Positions 58,369 to 64,000 of a stretch of 64,000 nucleotides of DNA are shown one piece after another. Each line of letters begins with the position of its first letter. Within the stretch, counting starts at the first letter, position 1. The notes beneath the pieces were generated by a model, which worked only from the letters and a program-made list of their open reading frames with translations, had not been told where the DNA came from and searched no databases. Source of the stretch: a virus (taxonomy: Duplodnaviria > Caudoviricetes); IMG/VR virus record IMGVR_UViG_2871745582_000001, positions 30,410 through 94,409 of that record, one strand, 5' to 3'. A program made the translations under genes and the position numbers.

Positions 58369-59961
58369 TTATCTTCCCTCGCTCAAGCCTTTCAATGCTC
58401 CCAGTACGAATTCAAGAAGCCCATCATTGTTCAGAACAGATCGCAACAGATAATCTTCATTATGATACATCTGGAGAGCCATGGAGAAGATTTCCGTGGC
58501 ATCTGTACCATCAATTGTTTTGTCACCGTATACCCTGCCAATATAATCATGACTGAGCCCGCCGACGACAGCTACTTCGGACCTGCCTTTATACACACGC
58601 ATGACTTTATAGCCCGGGTCTTCACCAGCCCGAGCCCGCAGAAAAGCCTTGGCCTTTGCAAGAAGGTTGGGGTTCGAAAATTCAATATGGTGGCCGACTT
58701 CATGCCAGAGCACGTCAATTTTATTATCGTCACTTAAAATTACTTTGCCAACGCCTACCTGGGCATTTGCCCTTGCGCCTTTTTTAATTTCAAATGCCGA
58801 CAGTGACCCTAAGCTCCCTCCGCTCAGTTTAAAAATATTGCGCAGGGATTCTTCGGCTTCAGACTCACCGTTACTGTTCTGGTACATTTTTTTGAGTTTG
58901 GCAGGGAGAGATATGCCCTGAACCCACTTCGTTGCCTGCTCATCTGTTACTGAAGAGGATGAAATCAACGTATCAAACGCTTTTTTGGTGCTGTCACTTA
59001 CTTTTGATTTCAGCGCGTTGAATTCATCATAAAAAGCCTGTACTGCTTTCTGTGCTTCTGGCGTCTGATCAAAGTCAGCAGGTATGGCGACAAAAATGCT
59101 CTGCATAATATCCAGCAGGGATGACATATTATCGCTGTTAAGCCCTTCCCCGTTCACTATATTACTGGTGTAGAAGTTGCTGATGTTATTAATCAGCCGC
59201 AAATTAGCGTACTGCTTAATCTCCTCACCAGAGGTATTTGATGCAATATTTTTCATCGCCGCGGTCAGGCCATCAAAATGCGGCTGCAGGTCAAGTGAGC
59301 CCAGCAATTCTTTTCCAGCCTGGCTGTCAGTTGCCATGGCTTTTGCCGCATCCTCGCCTGCGAGGGTGGCTTTTCCACCTATCATTGCCGCGTAATCATT
59401 GACGGTGTTCCACATTGTCTGTGGATCAGATATCCCGGCTACTGCCATGACGCGAGGAATGGCGCCGCCCGCAAAAGGGGAGAAAGCACGAAGGATCAGC
59501 CGGGCAAGCCCCGGCAGTTCCTGATCGTCTTTACTGGTGCCATAAACAGCAACGAAGCGTTTTAGGGGATCGACCGCCTGCCAGTATGTGCCGTTGGTAA
59601 TCAGCAGAGACCATAACTTCTGGTCCCGCACATACTGCATGCCTATTCCCCTCAGGAAGTTCCACAGACTGGCATAGCCAAATTTATCCCGGGCTGTGCG
59701 ATACATGCCGGGAAGATACGCTGAAACCAATGCCCGGTAATCTTTCAAAGCCTGCGCATCATCAACGTTTGATTTCATTAGTTGATTCCGCGCATACGTT
59801 ATCATCGGTGTTATCCGGGATAGCATGTCATCACTACTTTCCGTTAGCCCCTGAACGCTAGATACCGCAGCCTTCAGATCCGCTATGGTTTTACAGGGCT
59901 CCGTCAGAATTACCCCTGTCGTTCTCTTTTTTGCCGCTTCCAGCAGCTGTACTGCTTCCAT
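58369..59961 (-). CDS. DdrB-like protein with a zincin HExxH motif
   Basis: Follows ddrA; LWHEVGHHIE plus a downstream TEIFSM. Confidence 0.6.
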   Translation of the reverse strand: MEAVQLLEAAKKRTTGVILTEPCKTIADLKAAVSSVQGLTESSDDMLSRITPMITYARNQLMKSNVDDAQALKDYRALVSAYLPGMYRTARDKFGYASLWNFLRGIGMQYVRDQKLWSLLITNGTYWQAVDPLKRFVAVYGTSKDDQELPGLARLILRAFSPFAGGAIPRVMAVAGISDPQTMWNTVNDYAAMIGGKATLAGEDAAKAMATDSQAGKELLGSLDLQPHFDGLTAAMKNIASNTSGEEIKQYANLRLINNISNFYTSNIVNGEGLNSDNMSSLLDIMQSIFVAIPADFDQTPEAQKAVQAFYDEFNALKSKVSDSTKKAFDTLISSSSVTDEQATKWVQGISLPAKLKKMYQNSNGESEAEESLRNIFKLSGGSLGSLSAFEIKKGARANAQVGVGKVILSDDNKIDVLWHEVGHHIEFSNPNLLAKAKAFLRARAGEDPGYKVMRVYKGRSEVAVVGGLSHDYIGRVYGDKTIDGTDATEIFSMALQMYHNEDYLLRSVLNNDGLLEFVLGALKGLSEGR

Positions 59962-59970
59962 GGCCTTTCC

Positions 59971-60327
59971 TTATGAATCCTGTTTTATATTGGCATCTAT
60001 CCATGCGGCCGTTTGCCTTTGAACGTCAGCAAAGGAAAGGTACTTCCCGATGTATTGCTCCAGGCTCTGCAATGTTTCGATAAAATCCAGGCTGTACTGT
60101 TCTAAAAATGCGCCAGCGAGGAAATCGGTGACAATTTTCGGCGTAATGGCCTGCTCAGATTCAGGTTCGGGTTGCGGGGCCGAAGCCCCGTATCCCATCT
60201 GTAGCATGACCTGATCTATTTCATCACTTATATCCAATAAATCGAGGCCCGCTGCCGTTTGCTGCCTGCCCATCAAGCCATCCAGCTTGTCGCTCAGATC
60301 CATTAATTCCAGTGCTGACAGAGCCAT
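59971..60327 (-). CDS. ddrA: DdrA-like protein
   Basis: MALSALELMDLSDKLD...LDLLDISDEIDQ; synteny. Confidence 0.7.
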   Translation of the reverse strand: MALSALELMDLSDKLDGLMGRQQTAAGLDLLDISDEIDQVMLQMGYGASAPQPEPESEQAITPKIVTDFLAGAFLEQYSLDFIETLQSLEQYIGKYLSFADVQRQTAAWIDANIKQDS

Positions 60328-62375
60328 TATTTCACCCCCGCTTTCTGGATGGCGACTAACAGATCAGCCAGGTGGCGGGCGGCGGCATTGACTAAATCTT
60401 CGTTTTCATCAAAGCGACCCGCTGCCTGCAATGCCGCGATCGCCTCGCGCACCTGTCCGCGGGCATTGCGGATTTCCACCATGTCAGAGGACTGCATACC
60501 CGCAACTGACCGCAGGTAATCAATCGCATTATTCGCAGCCATATCCGCTTCACTCACAGGGTCTGGCTCAGGTTCCGGCTCTGGTGCGGGCGCAGGCGCA
60601 TTGGCCTTTAGCTCATCTACCAGTGAATAAAACTCGTCAGCCCCGGCTTTACCCCCGAGATACCCTGCCTTTTTCATCAGCGCCACAATGCTGGCTTTAT
60701 CGTAACCCTCAATATTGACGTAAACTTCCTGATCGCCCGTGACCAGCAAGCGCGCAAAAGTTTTCGCGTCTCCAGCCCATTTGGACGCAGCATTACGGAT
60801 AGCCGCCGTGAGGGTTTCCACTGCGCTGGTGGCTGTTTCGCCACGGCGCAAATCAACCAGTTCATAATCGGCCACGACGGCCGTCGGCAGCTCAACGCGA
60901 TAGCCGATCGCGCCATAGCGGATGTCATCAGTTGAGAAGCCTTTCCCGGTAAAGACGGGTAATGTCTGCGCTTCCTCTGGCGAAATCATTCCCACCCCCT
61001 GATATTCCGGCTCATTTGGCCCGCCAGCACGCAGACGCATGCCGTACCAGAATATCGACGGATCATTGATCTCCTGTGCGTTAGGGGTTGGCTGCGGGTC
61101 AGAATCAGGCTCCGGCGCGGGCGCGGCCTCAGGTTGAGGCTCTGGCTCAGCATGAGATTCCGGCGTTAGCTCAGCCGCAGGCTGTGGTTCCGGGGTGGGC
61201 TGCGGTTCCGGCGCAGGTTCCGGCGCCACCACCTTATAGCTGTCCGCTTTCCCGGCACGGTATGCCTTAAACAGCGTTCCGGTAGCGGCGTCAAGCTTCC
61301 CGCCCTGCATGGATTCAGCCTGAATCTGGTATTCAGTGCCGTCGGGATCGGCCAGAGTCACATAGCCTTCCCCGTCGCGGATAAACTGCTTCATAACTGC
61401 GCCATTGCTCAGCGTGGCCTGACCATCAATGTGCATATTTTGCTTAACGGCTGCCAGTCGATCAGCAACGATTTTCGGCTGGCCTGTGCTCTGGGAAGCC
61501 GGTGCGCCTGAATTTTGCCCGCCTGATTTGGTCAGCGCATCGACCTGGATCTGAAGCTGTTCGTTCTCGGCTTCTACGGCATCCGCCAGACCCGCAGCCG
61601 CACTGACCTGCTGCTCTAATTCAGCTGTCTGGCTGGTTATCGTTTCTGACTGGTCAGAAACATCGCTCATCGCGTCTTCTTTCTGGTCGCTGTCTGCCTG
61701 CAGCTGGCTGATTTCATCAGTGAGCGCTTTTTGCTTTTTCTGTGCCTTCTGGAATTTGCCGCTGTTTTTTTCTGCCAGGTTAGCCAGCTTCATGGTTACC
61801 TGCGCCAGCGTCATATCCTGCCCGCTCATGGGCGCGACAGTATGGGTCACGTCTTTTTTATTCAGCAGAAACTGGAATGCCACCAGCGTATCGTTGTTCG
61901 TGATCTTCCCGTCGGCAGTCGGGCTGTGGAACAGAATCGAAATGGTCTGACCGTCACTCAGAGGAATGATGGCGGGCAGGACCGGCAGGCCGTTAATGTT
62001 GCGGGCGCGGCCTATGTCGGCACCGCCAATTTCGGTGGCGCCGTCCTGCACCGGGCCGCCTGAATTATTACTGCCCGCCTGCAGGCCTGTGCCGGTTAAT
62101 TTCTGGTTCAGCGTGCGGATAAAGGCCTTCATGGTGCGGCTTAACTGCAGGCGGCTTGAGGTGATCGCCTCCAGCATCTGGCCGCTCTGCCAGTGAACCG
62201 GATCATCATAAAAAAACGTCGCTTCCAGATCGGCCAGCGTATTGGCTTCGGTCATGAGGTAGCGATCTTCGCCCGCCATTAACTCGCGGTATTCCTCATC
62301 CGTGACGCTGGGCGGTAAAACGTCATGGCCCGGGCGAACCGTTACGCCTTTGTGCAATAAAAAACGATTCTGCAT
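60327..62375 (-). CDS. darA: DarA antirestriction/head protein
   Basis: LSDGQTISILFHSP, FQFLLNKKDVTHTVAP, LANLAEKNS; coiled coil and PE repeats. Confidence 0.85.
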   Translation of the reverse strand: MQNRFLLHKGVTVRPGHDVLPPSVTDEEYRELMAGEDRYLMTEANTLADLEATFFYDDPVHWQSGQMLEAITSSRLQLSRTMKAFIRTLNQKLTGTGLQAGSNNSGGPVQDGATEIGGADIGRARNINGLPVLPAIIPLSDGQTISILFHSPTADGKITNNDTLVAFQFLLNKKDVTHTVAPMSGQDMTLAQVTMKLANLAEKNSGKFQKAQKKQKALTDEISQLQADSDQKEDAMSDVSDQSETITSQTAELEQQVSAAAGLADAVEAENEQLQIQVDALTKSGGQNSGAPASQSTGQPKIVADRLAAVKQNMHIDGQATLSNGAVMKQFIRDGEGYVTLADPDGTEYQIQAESMQGGKLDAATGTLFKAYRAGKADSYKVVAPEPAPEPQPTPEPQPAAELTPESHAEPEPQPEAAPAPEPDSDPQPTPNAQEINDPSIFWYGMRLRAGGPNEPEYQGVGMISPEEAQTLPVFTGKGFSTDDIRYGAIGYRVELPTAVVADYELVDLRRGETATSAVETLTAAIRNAASKWAGDAKTFARLLVTGDQEVYVNIEGYDKASIVALMKKAGYLGGKAGADEFYSLVDELKANAPAPAPEPEPEPDPVSEADMAANNAIDYLRSVAGMQSSDMVEIRNARGQVREAIAALQAAGRFDENEDLVNAAARHLADLLVAIQKAGVK

Positions 62376-62376
62376 G

Positions 62377-62991
62377 TTAGCTTCCTGCCTTGAGTTGTTT
62401 GATCCGCTGCTTTAACTGCTGGTTCAGCGCCTGCGCATGGGTCAGGCGGCCGTTTTCCTTATCCAGGCGGGCTTTGAGGTCCGTAATCGCCTGCTGTCCG
62501 GCGGTAACCGTTCGCGTGATGGCCTGATAATTTGCTGTGACCTGCGCATTGCGCTCTTTGGCTTCCTGCAGCTTCTGGAAGTTAGATTTAACCGCTGGCT
62601 TTTTATCAACCGGGTTAGCAACGCGGGCCGACTTGGCAGCCAGGGATGCGGTGAACTTGGCAGTATTTCGCTGCGCTGCATTTCCCATCACAGCGCCCAG
62701 CGCCTGCACGCTGGCAGACTGCCCATTCGGGATAGCCTTGCCGTTGAGTTTAATGGCAGAGATGTCACCCGTATCGTTCACCTGAAGGGCCAGCGCCTGG
62801 CCGTCCTGCAGGATAATTTTGGCTGTCTTGACCTTCACGCCATCTTTCAGGGTGGCGCGGTTGCTGGAATCCACTTCCAGCACAGTAGCGCCCGTTTTGT
62901 TGATCGCAGTGATAAGCTCTTTGAGCCCTTTCTGATTAACCTGGTCAAAATCGACCTGGGCATATTTCGCGCCGTTAGCCGGTCCGCTCAT
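62377..62991 (-). CDS. hdf: Hdf (DarA-homologous fragment)
   Basis: VDFDQVN.KGLK, DGQ...QVNDTGDI; between lydB and darA. Confidence 0.8.
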   Translation of the reverse strand: MSGPANGAKYAQVDFDQVNQKGLKELITAINKTGATVLEVDSSNRATLKDGVKVKTAKIILQDGQALALQVNDTGDISAIKLNGKAIPNGQSASVQALGAVMGNAAQRNTAKFTASLAAKSARVANPVDKKPAVKSNFQKLQEAKERNAQVTANYQAITRTVTAGQQAITDLKARLDKENGRLTHAQALNQQLKQRIKQLKAGS

Positions 62992-63424
62992 TAGTCTCGT
63001 CCTCTGTGATTGTCAGGTGATACGTCCGTGTCACCGTTTGCGAAATCGGGAAGATGCGATACAGCGGGTTAAAAAAAGAATCGCCGTGCGTCACCGTCAC
63101 CGATAAGACCCAGTCGCCAGATCCCTCACCCATATGAAGGGTGGGAATGTGCAGCCATTCGCTGTTATCCCCGCGGCAGACACAGGCAAGCCGGCGCGCC
63201 TCACCTTCGATAAGCGTCGTCGGTTTACGTGCGTCCCGGATCCAGTAATCTACTGTCGCCCCGCGCAGCTTTGAGAAGCGGCTGTGATAAATGACCGGCA
63301 CCCTGACGAAATGGCGCTGGACATCAACGTCTCCCAGCCCCATGATCTCAATATCTTTACGCTGTAAAACAAGGCGATCTGCTAACGCTATCAGTGCTAT
63401 GGCCGCAGCAATCATTTCAATCAC
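62975..63424 (-). CDS. lydB: Antiholin LydB-like
   Basis: N-terminal TM; VTHGDSFFNPLYRIFP; synteny. Confidence 0.72.
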   Translation of the reverse strand: MIEMIAAAIALIALADRLVLQRKDIEIMGLGDVDVQRHFVRVPVIYHSRFSKLRGATVDYWIRDARKPTTLIEGEARRLACVCRGDNSEWLHIPTLHMGEGSGDWVLSVTVTHGDSFFNPLYRIFPISQTVTRTYHLTITEDETNERTG

Positions 63425-63750
63425 TTGCCGCCCCCTTTTTTAAATAAATTGGTTAATCCATTCAGGAGCATGTCTAGGTTAAAGCGCCTGACAGCGGCCA
63501 TTACTTCGTGCCCGTTATTGCTCGCCAGTAAGACCGACAGGTACGTTATATAGACTTCCCATTTTTGGTGCTGCCCTATCAGGTACGCCATCATCCCCGC
63601 CGTGACGGCCACAAAAAGCTCCGTCACGAAATCCAGGGATCGCCCTTTCAGGCGCCCGTCCCGGATGGCCATAAGAAACGCACCGATCCCACTGACAACT
63701 GATAGCAACAGGGCAATCGCAACCTGAATCTGTTCCTGTGTCAGTGCCAC
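63421..63750 (-). CDS. lydA: Holin LydA-like
   Basis: Three TM segments, SNNGHE; first gene of the dar operon. Confidence 0.75.
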   Translation of the reverse strand: MALTQEQIQVAIALLLSVVSGIGAFLMAIRDGRLKGRSLDFVTELFVAVTAGMMAYLIGQHQKWEVYITYLSVLLASNNGHEVMAAVRRFNLDMLLNGLTNLFKKGGGK

Positions 63751-63781
63751 CGGAGTTACTCCATGTCCATTGCCTGCCCTG

Positions 63782-63800
63782 ATTTTAATGAAAGTGCATT
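63782..63800 (-). promoter_or_regulatory. Putative late promoter of the lydA-dar operon
   Basis: AATGCACTT-N4-TAAAAT. Confidence 0.55.
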
Positions 63801-63846
63801 CTCGGTATTTCTGGGCTTTTCGGGCGGACAGAAAAAACCGCTACGA

Positions 63847-64000
63847 AAGACGATCACCATCACCATTGGCTCTGGCGGCTCGGCAGGGAAAGCTAGCACC
63901 GGCTCTGATGGTACAGCTGGCTCCGCCGGAGGGGCTTCATCTTTTGGCAGCTATATCTCACTTGCAGCTGGCTCTGGTGGAAGTGGTGGCGGGGGGGGGG
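63847..64000 (+). other. Start-less glycine-rich tail-fibre-like reading frame running off the window
   Basis: KTITITIGSGGSAGKASTGSDGTAGSAGGASSFGSYISLAAGSGGSGGGG with no start codon or RBS in the frame back to the lydA promoter. Confidence 0.5.

Noticed and set aside
60560-61230. Repeated CCGGC/TCAGG segments in darA
   Set aside because: They encode Pro-Glu/Gln linkers and are not a separate repeat element.
63989-64000. Poly-G run at the window end
   Set aside because: It fits Gly codons or an assembly edge artefact and cannot be evaluated.

Overview
This window is a large part of a divergent P1-like (Punavirus-related) temperate phage-plasmid. By recalled similarity to P1 proteins and gene order it contains: a 5'-truncated Dam-type methylase, tciAB, the ban DnaB helicase, humD, the tail/baseplate block (gp5, 6, 24, 7, 25, 26), mat, ref, cre with a variant 34-bp lox site, coi and c1, pacAB with a 3+4 TGATCR pac site, lpa, the pmg/ppp late operon, lxc-ulx-darB, prt-pro, repL, lydD-lyz, ssb and the lydA-lydB-hdf-darA-ddrA-ddrB-hxr operon. 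Many C1-operator-like sites, several LexA boxes and a family of late-promoter motifs are visible. Accessory content includes hicAB, dUTPase, a DUF5664-like dNTP hydrolase, a ParM-like actin with a putative adaptor, a ProQ/FinO-domain protein, a stand-alone RNAP alpha-CTD-like protein and a WYL-less CapW-like wHTH. The most striking unexplained feature is a ~2.4 kb stretch with no credible ORF (about 20950-23345) between lox and c1. It holds three tRNAs, a tRNA mimic with a broken anticodon arm and several tRNA-like RNAs, alternating with 5-7 copies of a conserved, covarying long hairpin (CACAAC..AGAGCA-variable insert-TGCTCT..GTTGTG). It looks like a processed polycistronic non-coding RNA array. 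All identifications come from reading the sequence and from memory of the families; no database search was run.
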